Source: Poseidonia sp. (GTDB lineage: Archaea; Thermoplasmatota; Poseidoniia; Poseidoniales; Poseidoniaceae). From it: a stretch of DNA of 64,000 bases. A program made the position numbers and the translations under genes. This document shows, piece after piece, positions 18,848 to 29,209 of the stretch. The stretch covers positions 4,626 through 68,625 of the forward strand of contig JBMSEL010000007.1 in assembly GCA_049412325.1 (NCBI GenBank), given 5' to 3'. The notes beneath the pieces were generated by a model. That model saw only the letters and a list, made by a program, of their open reading frames with translations. It did not search any database and was not told the DNA's origin. The first letter of the stretch is position 1; every line of letters starts with the position of its first letter.

Positions 18848-21800
18848 GTGAACACCGTGTTTGAACTGCCATTTGGAAAGCCCGTCAATGAATCCATTTC
18901 GCTTGAGGAGGGGGTGCTGCAGCCGTTTGCTCACGGCGTCATCTCAACCTTCGCAGGGCGACGCAAGACCCCGCAAGGGCATCGGCTTGTCCGTGCTGGC
19001 CGGGTCGTCGGTTACCTCTGTGACGCCGACAAAAAAGGCGTGATGCTGGGTGGAGAGGAAGCCAAAACGGCCCTCGAAGCCCTCGAAGCTCAACAGAAGG
19101 TGCGCCACGTCGCCTCATCCTACACCATCGCCCGCCTCGGTGCCCTAGCCGAACTTGTTCCGGAGGCCTTCGTTCACCAAGCCGACCGGCAGGGGCTGAA
19201 ATCGAGCAGCAATGCCGTTGAACGACTGCTTGCACGAGACCTCTCCACCGTGGTCAGAACACTGGCAGACAACATGACGGTACGGGGCGCCATGGCCATC
19301 GACAGCGGCATGCTCATCGACCATGCTGGCGATTTGCCCGGGCTGGGGGAAGAGGAACGCTTGGCCAGTGAACTCCACGAGTTAATGAGCGGCATGGGCC
19401 ATCAGTCCCTGCATGACGGCTGGGGCATGTCCGGTCAAAGCCACTGGACGCTCCATACCGATCGTGGTGCCTTGCTTCTGGCCCAAAGCGGCGAGATTTC
19501 CATTGCGGCATGGACAGAAAAGGACGCCAATCATGCCCGCCTGCTCTCCTCTGCCTCCATTGCGCTTGAAGGCGACCTCGTCGCTGCAGGCGCACACGGT
19601 TCGAAACTGCCCGAAGGATTCACGCTCCGAGAGGGACGTGGTGGACCTGATGCGGTGCTCTCCATGTTGAAAGCCGCCATGCAGGAAGAGGTGACAGGAC
19701 ACCTTCAGTCCGGCTCATCCAGCAAAGCGGTCTCACTCATCCTGTCCCGGGGGGTACCACTCGCCCTTTGGGCACCTTCGATGGACACGGAAGAAGAGGC
19801 CATGCTCGCCCTCACCGAAGCGAAACGCAAAGTGCAACTCATTCGCTTCCCAGCAGGCACCATCGTTTCGTCCAACTCAGGAACCGTGGAAGGGTTCACG
19901 TTGGCTGGTTTCATCGAAACCCTGGCCACCGTCCGTACTCGGTCGGAGGCTCGTCAAGCCTCACTCAAAGCGATGTTGGACGACCTGTTGGGCTTTGAGG
20001 CCAGCTTGGAGGCGCTCCGAGACGCACGTTCCAAACTCAAGTTCAACACCGGCGGTGCCGATGTTGCAGAGGCTTTGCCGGTGATGCGAGATCAAGCCGT
20101 CAGCGCCGTCGATGCAGGGCTGCGCCGCAAGCTCGAAATGGCTGAACAGCGCATTGATACACTCAACAAGGAGAAAGCCGTGTTGTCATCTCAGGTCAAA
20201 GCCCTCGAGAAGAAGAAAGATGCTGCACAAATCGTTGCGCGGGAAGCCACCGAATCACGCCAAGAAAACACCTCAGCGTTGGAAGAGGCGCACGCTCAAT
20301 TGAACACCATGCAAGTTGACCTCGCCCAAGCCCGATCTCAATGGGAAGAAGCCGAGTCCCGTGCAGAACGTCTCGTTCGGCGGGTCAACGAACTGGAGCA
20401 CCAAGTCAGCCAGCGGGCTGCCGAACTTGCGAAAGCGGTCGGTGATGCAGAAAGCAGTGCTGAACTGCAAACGATGCTTGAGGAACTCTCGTTGAAGGAA
20501 GCCGAACTGCAAGCCAACATCGCCGAAGGAAGCGAGCGCCTCAGCACCATTCGAAAGCAAAGCGAAGATGAAGAACGCCGCCTCCGGGTCTTGACCGAAC
20601 AGGTCAACACCAGCCGTGAGCGGCATGCACGCGCACAAGCCGACCTCATCAGCGTCCAAGAGCAAGTCCATGTCAACAACCTCGAGCTTGAAGCGGTTCG
20701 AAGCGAGGAGAAGCACGCACGCCAGCGCACTGAGGAAGACCGCCTTCGACGAGCCGAGGACGAAGCACGGCGAGCAAACATCCAGGCGGAGTTGCGAGAA
20801 CTCATGGACGAACGCCGCCAAGTACTCCGTGAATTGGGCGATCTTGGTGCACGTCGAGGGCACGCTGAAGCCGAATTGTCGACCTTGGTTGACAAAGCCA
20901 CCTCCCTGGCTGAGGCTCACGAAGAAGCCCTCGCTGACATCCAAGAAGCAGAGCGTTTGCGCGCCCGCTTGGCCGAAGAACCGCTTGCACAAGCCCTCTT
21001 GGATGACAACACGACCTTCCAGGGCTTGGGCCCTGTGCTGGAACGGCTCGAACACGCCCGGAGCCTCGGGTACTCGGTCACGATGCTTGACCGGGCGGTT
21101 GAACGAGCATTGCAAGTGATTCAAGGAACGGTCGACCATGTCGCTGCAACGCCACGACACCTGCTCTCCTCCGAGGTCATGACGCTGTTGGAGCGCCAAG
21201 TCCCACAAACAGCAGGAGCCGTCCGAGGATTGGCTCGCTGGTCAGTGCAACAACGATTGGAGCAACAACTCGGCGAAACCGTCAATCATGTCGTCGTGGA
21301 CCTTGAGCACCTGCTCGAAGATTTCGACCGTTCCATCACGATGCTTCGCCGTATCCGAAACGTGCTCGAGCAAGTCGAGCGACTCGGTGCACCGTCCCAT
21401 GAGGTCCACGCTCTGCTGGCCAATTGTCAGCGGCCTGAAGCCCTCCCAACCTTGGCCATGGGCACTCGGAAACTGATTCAGGTTGCGCTTGACGAGATCT
21501 ACCTCGAAGCCGACCAGCGTGATGCTGGCGAAGCCATTGGTTTGGAAGAGACGGCACGCGTCCTTGAGGAACTCATCACTCAACTCGATGCTTCGGGACT
21601 GACGGACGGACGACCCCGCGGCATGATGTGGGACTTCCAACGTGACGGGCTGCTTCCGTTTGAACGCGAATCCATTCCAGCCGAGCAACGCATTCCGGTG
21701 AACGAGGCCATGCTCGACGGCATGGAGCCTCACCTTGTGCAGGCAGAGGCCGTGGAAACCGTCGCTCCGGAGGCGAATGAAACCGTGGACGACGAGGGGT

Positions 21801-22039
21801 GGTCCCCCCTGCCGCCTCCCACCGATGAATCTCCTTCCGTGAACGAGACCGCTCCAGGAAGCGAATCGATCACATCAATGGACTCACTGGAAGACGAACG
21901 GGCCCAACTTGAGGCGGAACTTGCTCGCTTGGACGCTGAGCGCAGTCATCGCATCGCACATACTCCCGCTCCAGCAAGCAACGGTGCCGACACAGCGCTG
22001 GCCGACCTTGAGTCTCGCCTGTCCGACATTGAATTCTGA
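18848..22039 (+). CDS. Multidomain protein: DUF2226-like, Roadblock, DUF2226-like, long coiled coil, acidic tail
   Basis: ELPFGKPV...GRVVGY...GGEEAKTAL module repeated as KLPEGFTL...VTGHL...RGVPLAL; internal roadblock (VRGAMAIDSGMLI...TDRGALLLAQSGEISIAAW); about 300-aa heptad-rich segment; abuts the roadblock gene. Confidence 0.65.
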   Translation: MNTVFELPFGKPVNESISLEEGVLQPFAHGVISTFAGRRKTPQGHRLVRAGRVVGYLCDADKKGVMLGGEEAKTALEALEAQQKVRHVASSYTIARLGALAELVPEAFVHQADRQGLKSSSNAVERLLARDLSTVVRTLADNMTVRGAMAIDSGMLIDHAGDLPGLGEEERLASELHELMSGMGHQSLHDGWGMSGQSHWTLHTDRGALLLAQSGEISIAAWTEKDANHARLLSSASIALEGDLVAAGAHGSKLPEGFTLREGRGGPDAVLSMLKAAMQEEVTGHLQSGSSSKAVSLILSRGVPLALWAPSMDTEEEAMLALTEAKRKVQLIRFPAGTIVSSNSGTVEGFTLAGFIETLATVRTRSEARQASLKAMLDDLLGFEASLEALRDARSKLKFNTGGADVAEALPVMRDQAVSAVDAGLRRKLEMAEQRIDTLNKEKAVLSSQVKALEKKKDAAQIVAREATESRQENTSALEEAHAQLNTMQVDLAQARSQWEEAESRAERLVRRVNELEHQVSQRAAELAKAVGDAESSAELQTMLEELSLKEAELQANIAEGSERLSTIRKQSEDEERRLRVLTEQVNTSRERHARAQADLISVQEQVHVNNLELEAVRSEEKHARQRTEEDRLRRAEDEARRANIQAELRELMDERRQVLRELGDLGARRGHAEAELSTLVDKATSLAEAHEEALADIQEAERLRARLAEEPLAQALLDDNTTFQGLGPVLERLEHARSLGYSVTMLDRAVERALQVIQGTVDHVAATPRHLLSSEVMTLLERQVPQTAGAVRGLARWSVQQRLEQQLGETVNHVVVDLEHLLEDFDRSITMLRRIRNVLEQVERLGAPSHEVHALLANCQRPEALPTLAMGTRKLIQVALDEIYLEADQRDAGEAIGLEETARVLEELITQLDASGLTDGRPRGMMWDFQRDGLLPFERESIPAEQRIPVNEAMLDGMEPHLVQAEAVETVAPEANETVDDEGWSPLPPPTDESPSVNETAPGSESITSMDSLEDERAQLEAELARLDAERSHRIAHTPAPASNGADTALADLESRLSDIEF

Positions 22040-22047
22040 AGATCGCC

Positions 22048-22293
22048 ATGACGACCGACGCCACCACACTCATGGCCAGACAAGAGACCATCGGGAAGCC
22101 GTACCCGCTTTGGATGGAACGGTTGCTGCTCTTGGGAGCGGTCACGGTGTTCATCTTCTCCCGGTCAACGGTCGCTGACATCGTGGATCAACCCGTGGTG
22201 AGCGTGTTGTTAACCTACATCGCCTTCCCGCTCGCCTTACTGGCAGGCGTGGAACTCTTGGGCCGGGCAATTCAAGGTTCAATGCGCTCATAA
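22048..22293 (+). CDS. Small 2-TM membrane protein
   Basis: 81 aa with two hydrophobic helices, 8 bp downstream of the previous gene (probable operon). Confidence 0.65.
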   Translation: MTTDATTLMARQETIGKPYPLWMERLLLLGAVTVFIFSRSTVADIVDQPVVSVLLTYIAFPLALLAGVELLGRAIQGSMRS

Positions 22294-23505
22294 TTGCGTG
22301 AAATCCTTGGTTTCCGGCTCAGGTGGAAGACGGCTTGTTTTGGATTGGATGAACCCAATCACGCGCTGCCACGGTATGAAGAAGCGCAGCACAGCCATGA
22401 TGCTCAGGAACAACAGCGCAGAGATGACCAGGCCGTAGGTCAGCGTCAGTTCAATCGATTCTGAGACTTGCCCAGCCCACTGACTTCCAGTGGTGTCCGA
22501 TACGATGGTCAGCAAGACCTTGTGGAAGCCCAACGCGACCATGGTGGCCAAACCGGTCAACCCCAAGAACAGGAAGGTATGTCGAAGATGGGTGTTGAGG
22601 ACGTTGTCCATCTGGCGGACATATTCGGGGTCGCGCTTGCATGATTCAGGGAGGCGGAAAGCGTACTCAAGGTTGCGAATCACGCCGTAGCTGGCCTCTT
22701 GAAACACCATGATGAGCACGGCGATGAGGATCAGGTTGAATTGTTCCTGTGTCACGAGTTTGAGCCCGAACAAGCCGATGGTAGGGTCGGAGGTTTGACT
22801 CTCCAACGTGGCCAACGCCCCGCCGTAGGAGCCCAACTGAGATTTGATGAGCGGGAAGGTCAAGATGGCGTGAATGCCGAGGAACAGGAGCGTGAAACCG
22901 ATAGCCCATGCGATGGAACGGCGAGACAGGCCCCAAATGCCACGTGTTCCCATGATGACTGGGAGGAGATAGATGAAGAGAATAAGCAAGGACATGATCA
23001 TGAGCAACGGCCACTGAAGGGTTTCCAGCTCGTCGTTGGTCGGGAATCGTAGGTCAAAGGAAAACAACATACCAGCAAACCAAGACAACACCAAACGCCC
23101 GATCAACAACAGAATGAGGCCAACGATGAAACCGAGTTTGATGCGTTGTTGCACCTTGGGGGACTGGAAGGCAATGAACGCCATGACACCACCAAGGCCC
23201 AATCCCAACACGAGCGGTACAAAGAACCGGGCCATACCTGTACGGCCCTCACCGGTCAGCCAGTCGCCGAGTGGGAGTTGGTCTGAAATGAGCAACTCGA
23301 TGGAATCGAACAGGATGGTATGGTCGATGGAACCGACAACATAGGTCGAAACGACCTCGAGGTACATACCGATCAGCGCGATGGTGGCGACCACCTGCAG
23401 CGCAATGATTTGCCATTGACGTCGAAGCGTCTTGAGGTGCAGCGTACGGGGCTTCGCCGCCCCGTCAAGGTAGACGTCCGATTGGAGACCCACTTCGCCT
23501 GCCAT
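22288..23505 (-). CDS. Polytopic membrane protein (about 8 TM), hypothetical
   Basis: Multiple hydrophobic helices; last gene of a three-gene minus-strand cluster containing a DUF58 gene. Confidence 0.75.
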   Translation of the reverse strand: MAGEVGLQSDVYLDGAAKPRTLHLKTLRRQWQIIALQVVATIALIGMYLEVVSTYVVGSIDHTILFDSIELLISDQLPLGDWLTGEGRTGMARFFVPLVLGLGLGGVMAFIAFQSPKVQQRIKLGFIVGLILLLIGRLVLSWFAGMLFSFDLRFPTNDELETLQWPLLMIMSLLILFIYLLPVIMGTRGIWGLSRRSIAWAIGFTLLFLGIHAILTFPLIKSQLGSYGGALATLESQTSDPTIGLFGLKLVTQEQFNLILIAVLIMVFQEASYGVIRNLEYAFRLPESCKRDPEYVRQMDNVLNTHLRHTFLFLGLTGLATMVALGFHKVLLTIVSDTTGSQWAGQVSESIELTLTYGLVISALLFLSIMAVLRFFIPWQRVIGFIQSKTSRLPPEPETKDFTQL

Positions 23506-23507
23506 CG

Positions 23508-24761
23508 CTAGTACCCCCTCACCTGCATCAAGGCCTGCGACAAATCCATGTCAGGCATCCAATCAATCACTTGGGCTCCGGAACCGGCGAGCGTGGTCAA
23601 ACGGTTTTGGCGTTCCAGCTTCAGCACTTCATAGGACATGCGAGGGATACGACTCACCAAGCGTTCGAAATCAACACTGGACGGTGAGAGCACGGTGACT
23701 TCGTGGCCGCGACCAACCAGGTCTCGAACAGCGGCCGGCACGGTACCGTCGCCTTCACACGAGGAAATGATGAACACCGGGCTGCCTCGGCTAAATCGTC
23801 CACTCAGCGAGTTGGTGACGGCTTGAAGCGGCATGGCGCCTTTGGGAAGGACGCCCGCAAGGGCACTCAGGATCTTGAAGTACTGCTTGTCCCCGGTGTC
23901 GGGCGGCAAGTAAGCGAGCTTCTCGTCGTAAATGGCCAAGGCCACGGAATCCCGGCGCTTCAAGAAGAACGCTGCGAGACTGGCGGCCGAGACGGTGCCC
24001 ATTTCGAGAGGATTCTTGAGCACGGTACCGATTCGAGCTAAGTCACGGCTATCGAGAATGAGGTAGAGGTCGGTGACGGCGTCTCGACACTTTTCGTTGA
24101 CCATCAACTCCCCGGTTCGAGCGAAGGCTTTCCAGTTGATGTTCTTGAACGGGTCGCCGGGAACGTACTCTCTGAGGGAGTAGAATTCTGAGCCTTGACC
24201 GGGCGTGCGTAGGGTCGTCGCACCGGTGTACATCTTTGGCGTACGGCTGCGCAGGAAGGCTTCCTCAATGTCCTTGATTTGCGGGAAGATGACGATGTCG
24301 CTGTGATGGTCAACGTACATCTCTTCAACACCCAAGTTGAACGTGTTGCGGGCACGCAACGACACCGGACCGATGGAATAGTGGCCTCGAAGTGGGCAGC
24401 GAAGGACGTAGCGAATGCGGGCGCTTTCCCCGGGTTTGAGGTTGAGTTGCATTTGGTTGAGTCCACTGCGCAACTTCATCTCGTGAGGGATGTTATCGTA
24501 GATGTCGAGCATCTGCGTCTTTCGATTGCTGCGGTTGGTCACCAGCAATTCCACGTACAGGTCGTCGCCCTTGTACAAGTTGTCAGCCGAGAGCGTTCGC
24601 TGAACTTCAACATCGCCATGACCGGAAATCCATGAATTCACCACAATGAAGGCGATGAGGCTCAAGCCGAGGATCATCATCTGTTGGTTGGAAATCATCA
24701 TTCCGATGAGCACCAGCGCAATGCCGCCGGTGAAGGTGAAGGCTGCTTTTCTCGTCCACAT
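23508..24761 (-). CDS. DUF58 domain protein (MoxR-associated, vWA-like)
   Basis: Two N-terminal TM helices, Ig-like segment with RGHYSIGPV, and the DUF58 signature EFYSLREYVPGDPFKNINWKAFAR. Confidence 0.9.
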   Translation of the reverse strand: MWTRKAAFTFTGGIALVLIGMMISNQQMMILGLSLIAFIVVNSWISGHGDVEVQRTLSADNLYKGDDLYVELLVTNRSNRKTQMLDIYDNIPHEMKLRSGLNQMQLNLKPGESARIRYVLRCPLRGHYSIGPVSLRARNTFNLGVEEMYVDHHSDIVIFPQIKDIEEAFLRSRTPKMYTGATTLRTPGQGSEFYSLREYVPGDPFKNINWKAFARTGELMVNEKCRDAVTDLYLILDSRDLARIGTVLKNPLEMGTVSAASLAAFFLKRRDSVALAIYDEKLAYLPPDTGDKQYFKILSALAGVLPKGAMPLQAVTNSLSGRFSRGSPVFIISSCEGDGTVPAAVRDLVGRGHEVTVLSPSSVDFERLVSRIPRMSYEVLKLERQNRLTTLAGSGAQVIDWMPDMDLSQALMQVRGY

Positions 24762-24772
24762 GGCCTTTCACC

Positions 24773-26395
24773 TCACTGGCGCCCCCACGCCTTGATCCGT
24801 TTGACCAGCGCCACCGTTTGCTCAAGCGTGTATTTGTTGCTGGATTCAATGGCAAATTTGGCCAACACGGGGTCGTTGATCATCGAGACCAGTTCGTTGG
24901 CCTGCATCGCCTGGAATTCCTCTCGGTTCAGTCCGTTTTGATTGCGGACCTTGGACAGGAATACCTGTCGGATTTTCTCAACTTTGGAATAATAGGCGTA
25001 GCGATTCGCATCGCCAAAGCCGTAGTAGATGATGCTGAAGACGTGACGCCATGGTTCGGGGTCGCGCTTCTTGATGAGAACCGCCTCGAAGGTGATGAAC
25101 AAAATCAGGAACAACAAGAGCATGGCCAGACCCTCACCGGTGAAGTAGACCAGGAGGAAATAGACGGTGTTGTAGGAATCAGCCGCCAAGGCGCTTTGGG
25201 GATGGCGGCTCTCATCAAAGATGACCATGGCGTTCTCGGCAGGTTCACCCACTTCGTCAACGAGTTCACTCATGAGGGCCTCAGCAATGAAGTCCAACGC
25301 CCACTTGCGGTTGTCGTTCGCGGGCATCAGCGTGTCGGTTGGTCCATATTTTCCTTCGTTGAACCCTTCGTAGTCGTACATGGCGTTGATCAGCGCAGAG
25401 CCGTCGGCCACGAAGACGATGCGCCCCCCGTCCGAAGGGGAGCAACTCGCACGGGCGCAGGCCTCGATGCTGAGGTTGAATTGCCCCCAACGGTCAGGCG
25501 TTTCGGGTGTGATTTCGTTGCCCACCCAAATTTCACCGTCGCCGTTGACGTCGACCGTTGCTTCGTTGCTGGTCAAGGCGCGAACAGCGACCTCACTGAG
25601 CGGCCCACGCACACCGGGGATGACCTCAAGACCGGTGATGTTGTTGAGAAGCAACTGGTAGCTGCCGTTGTAGTCCACGCGGCCGTTGATCATGTGCTGA
25701 GCACACAGCGGTGCTTCGCCCACCACGAAGCTCTGTTCATCGAGTTTCGAACAAGGATGCTCGCCGGGCCCACCAACGTCGGCCCAGCGGTCGTGGGAGG
25801 AAAGGGTTGAGGGGTCCAACTGGGTGCCGTTCATGCCGCATGGGTTGCTTTGCACGCACATCCAGATGTAGTTGAAATCCAATTCCGTGGCGTAGGTTGT
25901 GTCAAACACCTGTTCACCCGTGAAGCGAATACCGAACGCCTCTGCGATGGTGTTCGCATAGCCGTAGTCTTCCATCACCATGGCGGTGCCGCCGGCTTCA
26001 ACAAACTCAACGATGGCGTTGATTTCAGAGGGAGAATAGCCGTTGCCTGAGGCGATGGTGATGAAACCGTCGTCATCAAATTGAGGCAGTGAAAGGGTAT
26101 CTCGCTCAACTCCGGCCAAGATGTAGGTGGTGTTGCGAGGGTCCTCAATGTCCGCCAACAAAAGCGGACTGCTCACCAAGGAGCGGGTTTCGATGCCCAT
26201 GGATTTGATATCGGCACGGAAGGCCGACATGTCGTCCCAATCGTCATCGTAGGCCGATAGCTGGTCGGTAGCACTGAGGTTGATGAAGTTCAACAATATG
26301 GTCATCAGCAAGATGAGCATGACCGCCCAAAACGACGCTTGAAGGGCGAGCCTTCGGGCGTTGATGTTGGCAGGAAGACCGAGCATGCAAATCAC
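24773..26395 (-). CDS. Membrane-anchored extracellular protein (DUF4350/GATase-like fold)
   Basis: N-terminal TM, YSPSEINAIVEFVEAGGTAMVMEDYG, GRIVFVADGSALIN, VIFDESRH and a C-terminal TM; usual neighbour of DUF58 genes. Confidence 0.7.
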   Translation of the reverse strand: MICMLGLPANINARRLALQASFWAVMLILLMTILLNFINLSATDQLSAYDDDWDDMSAFRADIKSMGIETRSLVSSPLLLADIEDPRNTTYILAGVERDTLSLPQFDDDGFITIASGNGYSPSEINAIVEFVEAGGTAMVMEDYGYANTIAEAFGIRFTGEQVFDTTYATELDFNYIWMCVQSNPCGMNGTQLDPSTLSSHDRWADVGGPGEHPCSKLDEQSFVVGEAPLCAQHMINGRVDYNGSYQLLLNNITGLEVIPGVRGPLSEVAVRALTSNEATVDVNGDGEIWVGNEITPETPDRWGQFNLSIEACARASCSPSDGGRIVFVADGSALINAMYDYEGFNEGKYGPTDTLMPANDNRKWALDFIAEALMSELVDEVGEPAENAMVIFDESRHPQSALAADSYNTVYFLLVYFTGEGLAMLLLFLILFITFEAVLIKKRDPEPWRHVFSIIYYGFGDANRYAYYSKVEKIRQVFLSKVRNQNGLNREEFQAMQANELVSMINDPVLAKFAIESSNKYTLEQTVALVKRIKAWGRQ

Positions 26396-26489
26396 GAGGG
26401 AAGGATTCCCAGCCTAAACACGCCCCGTACTGACTTTAGAAGGTTGTCCACACGAGTGGGGAAAATGCTCACGCGTACTTCGTTTCGCC

Positions 26490-26735
26490 TCATACATTGA
26501 GGTGGATGTTTTCGGCTATTCGAGCCACGGCCGTCCCTGGTATGTGAACGGTAGCGCCGGTGTTCTCAAACGGCAACGCAGCGGCGTCCACGGTCGCTTC
26601 AACTTGGACGAGCAGTTCGCTGATCACACCCGTGTTCAAATCAAAACTCAGGTCCACGAGCGATCCCAACACGGCCCCGGTACGGTCCACCACGTTGTTT
26701 CCGATGATTTCACGACCAAAAATCGCCACTTGCAT
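26490..26735 (-). CDS. PRC-barrel domain protein (CdpB-like)
   Basis: 81 aa; EIIGNNVVDRTGAVLGSLVDLSFDLNTGVISELLV is a typical single PRC barrel; AGGAGG SD site upstream. Confidence 0.85.
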   Translation of the reverse strand: MQVAIFGREIIGNNVVDRTGAVLGSLVDLSFDLNTGVISELLVQVEATVDAAALPFENTGATVHIPGTAVARIAENIHLNV

Positions 26736-26793
26736 CGGCCTCCTGTGCCGTTCGTCCGGGCTGGAATCACATCAATGCGTCGGTGTTCAATCC

Positions 26794-29022
26794 TCACATC
26801 GTTTCGATGCCACGACTGAAATCTCGGTTTCGCTTGATGTTGGTCAAGCCCGAGGTCAGGCGGGTTTCCATCTTCTGGTAGTAGTCAAGCATGTCAGGGG
26901 TCACGGTCGGTCGAACACGAGAAATCGCTTCTTCGAAATGCCCCTTGGTGACCTTCTTCTTGCCTGCTCGCATGCAAATCAGCGCTGCTTCACGACACAC
27001 CGCTTCGATGTCGGCACCGGTGAAGCCGTCCATGCCCGTCAAGATGTCCTTGAACGAGAATTTGGACAGCGGCATGCCTTCGCTGTGAATTCGGAAGATG
27101 GATTCACGAGCCCCTGCGTCGGGCGGTGGCACGTGAAGCACACGCTCAAAGCGCCCACTGCGCAACAGAGCAGGGTCGATCATCTCAGGTCGGTTGGTCG
27201 CCGCCACGATGATGACGCCATCAAGGGATTCAACACCGTCCATGCTGGCAAGGAGTTGGTTGACCACGCGGTTGCCAACATCGCTGCCTTCGGAGGCGCT
27301 GCCACCGCTTCGCATCGAAGCAATGGACTCGAATTCATCAAGGAAAATGATGGACGGCGCTGATTGCTTGGCCTTCTTGAAGATCTCGCGAATGGCTCGC
27401 TCGGATTCACCCACCCATTTGGAGATGAGTTCTGGACCCTTGATGCTGATGAAGTTCGCCTGTGCTTCGTTGGCGATGGCCTTGGCCAGCAGCGTCTTGC
27501 CGGTCCCGGGAGCGCCGAACAGAACGATGCCTCGAGGCGGCTTGATGCCGAAGTGCTCAAACAACTCAGGTTTGGTCAACGGCCATTCCACCGATTCCTT
27601 CAGACGGTCCTTGACCTCCAACAGACCACCGACGGCGTCCCAGCCGACTTCGGGGACTTCAACGTAAATCTCACGAAGCGCAGACGGTTCAATGTCTCGG
27701 ATGGCTTCCTTGAAGTCGTCCATGCAGACCTCCATCTTCTCGAGCACCTCGGGTGGAAGCGTCTCTTCATCAAGGTCGATTTCAGGGAGGTAGCGACGTA
27801 GCGCACGCATGGCCGCCTCACGAACAAGGGCCGCAAGGTCAGCACCGACAAACCCGTAGGTGTTGTCGAGGACCCATCCAACATCAAAGTCATCGGCGAT
27901 GGGCATCTGACGGGTATGAACGTCCATGATTTCGCTTCGACCATCTCGGTCGGGCACGCCAATCTCAATTTCTCTGTCAAAGCGGCCCGGGCGTCGCAGG
28001 GCTGGGTCGAGTGCATCGCGTCGGTTGGTGGCGCCGATGACCACCACGTTGTCACGGCCCTGCATGCCGTCCATCAGGGTCAGCATCTGAGCGACCACAC
28101 GTCGCTCAACCTCACCGGTGACGTCTTCACGCTTGGGGCAAATGGAATCAATTTCGTCAATGAACACGATGGCTGGGGCGTTGTCGGCGGCCTCATCAAA
28201 AATTTCACGGAGTTGTTTTTCGGATTCTCCGTAATACTTTGAGATGATTTCTGGGCCGTTGATGCTCTTGAAGTGGGCGTTGACCTCGGTGGCCACCGCC
28301 TTGGCGATCATCGTCTTCCCTGTGCCGGGTGGCCCGTGGAGCAGGACACCCTTGGGCGGGTCGATGCCGAGGCGACGGAAGAGTTCGGGATGCTTGAGCG
28401 GCAGCTCGATCATCTCACGCACCTTCAGAAGTTGCTGACCTATCCCACCGACGTCTTCGTAGGTGATGCCTTCGGATTGCCCGACGTCTTCCTCGGCAAC
28501 CGCTTCGTCTTTGATGACGATCTCGGTGTCGGTTGTGACGACCACGATGCCCTTGGGCACGGTTTGGACGACAGCGAACGGCAAGGCCTCAGCAAAGAGG
28601 GTCATACCGGGGATGAATATGCGGTCGCCGGCCACGACCGGTCTTTTCGCAAGGCCTCGCTTGGCAAAGCCTTCAATGCCGGGGCCGAACTTGACCTTCT
28701 GCTTGTTGGCCATCACCGGTGAAATCGTGAGTTTGGTGCAGGTCTTGGCCTCCACCTTGCGAACCGTGACACGATCACCCAGGCTGACACCAGCGTTCTT
28801 GCGGATGATGCCGTCCATTCGAATGATGTCCATCTTGGCATCCTCGGGGCGGCTGCGCCAGTAAATGGCGGCCGTAGAACGCTCATCACCGCTGATTTCA
28901 ACGAAGTCACCGGGTTTGAGGTCCAACCCCATTTCCGAGGAGATGCGTGCCCTACCGAACCCGACGTCGGAGGGGATGGCTTTCGATACGCGCAATTCAG
29001 TGGTGTCATTCTTGTCTGCCAT
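26794..29022 (-). CDS. cdc48: Cdc48/VCP (VAT) AAA+ ATPase
   Basis: N-domain double-psi barrel, two AAA modules ([16 protein letters not shown]), Walker B IDEID and LDEFE, and RPGRFDRE arginine finger. Confidence 0.97.
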   Translation of the reverse strand: MADKNDTTELRVSKAIPSDVGFGRARISSEMGLDLKPGDFVEISGDERSTAAIYWRSRPEDAKMDIIRMDGIIRKNAGVSLGDRVTVRKVEAKTCTKLTISPVMANKQKVKFGPGIEGFAKRGLAKRPVVAGDRIFIPGMTLFAEALPFAVVQTVPKGIVVVTTDTEIVIKDEAVAEEDVGQSEGITYEDVGGIGQQLLKVREMIELPLKHPELFRRLGIDPPKGVLLHGPPGTGKTMIAKAVATEVNAHFKSINGPEIISKYYGESEKQLREIFDEAADNAPAIVFIDEIDSICPKREDVTGEVERRVVAQMLTLMDGMQGRDNVVVIGATNRRDALDPALRRPGRFDREIEIGVPDRDGRSEIMDVHTRQMPIADDFDVGWVLDNTYGFVGADLAALVREAAMRALRRYLPEIDLDEETLPPEVLEKMEVCMDDFKEAIRDIEPSALREIYVEVPEVGWDAVGGLLEVKDRLKESVEWPLTKPELFEHFGIKPPRGIVLFGAPGTGKTLLAKAIANEAQANFISIKGPELISKWVGESERAIREIFKKAKQSAPSIIFLDEFESIASMRSGGSASEGSDVGNRVVNQLLASMDGVESLDGVIIVAATNRPEMIDPALLRSGRFERVLHVPPPDAGARESIFRIHSEGMPLSKFSFKDILTGMDGFTGADIEAVCREAALICMRAGKKKVTKGHFEEAISRVRPTVTPDMLDYYQKMETRLTSGLTNIKRNRDFSRGIETM

Positions 29023-29055
29023 GGTACTCCCTCTTCTCCAATCAACATTTCACGG

Positions 29056-29062
29056 TATATAA
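29056..29062 (-). promoter_or_regulatory. Putative archaeal TATA box for cdc48
   Basis: TTATATA on the minus strand about 35 bp upstream of the ATG at 29022, in an otherwise GC-rich context. Confidence 0.5.
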
Positions 29063-29209
29063 TGAAATTCAAGCGGAACTTTCGCCTGTGGTGTATACTT
29101 GTCCCGAAGGGCCACTATAAACCCCGGCCCGTGGGTCTTTGAACCTTGGAGGCCGATGCGTGGAAGCCACGCCATCACATTCAAGAGACGGGTCAAATTC
29201 GCCACAAGC

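Noticed and set aside
18848..22039. SMC/Rad50 assignment for the coiled-coil protein
   Set aside because: No Walker A/B or ABC signature and no hinge or CxxC hook was seen.
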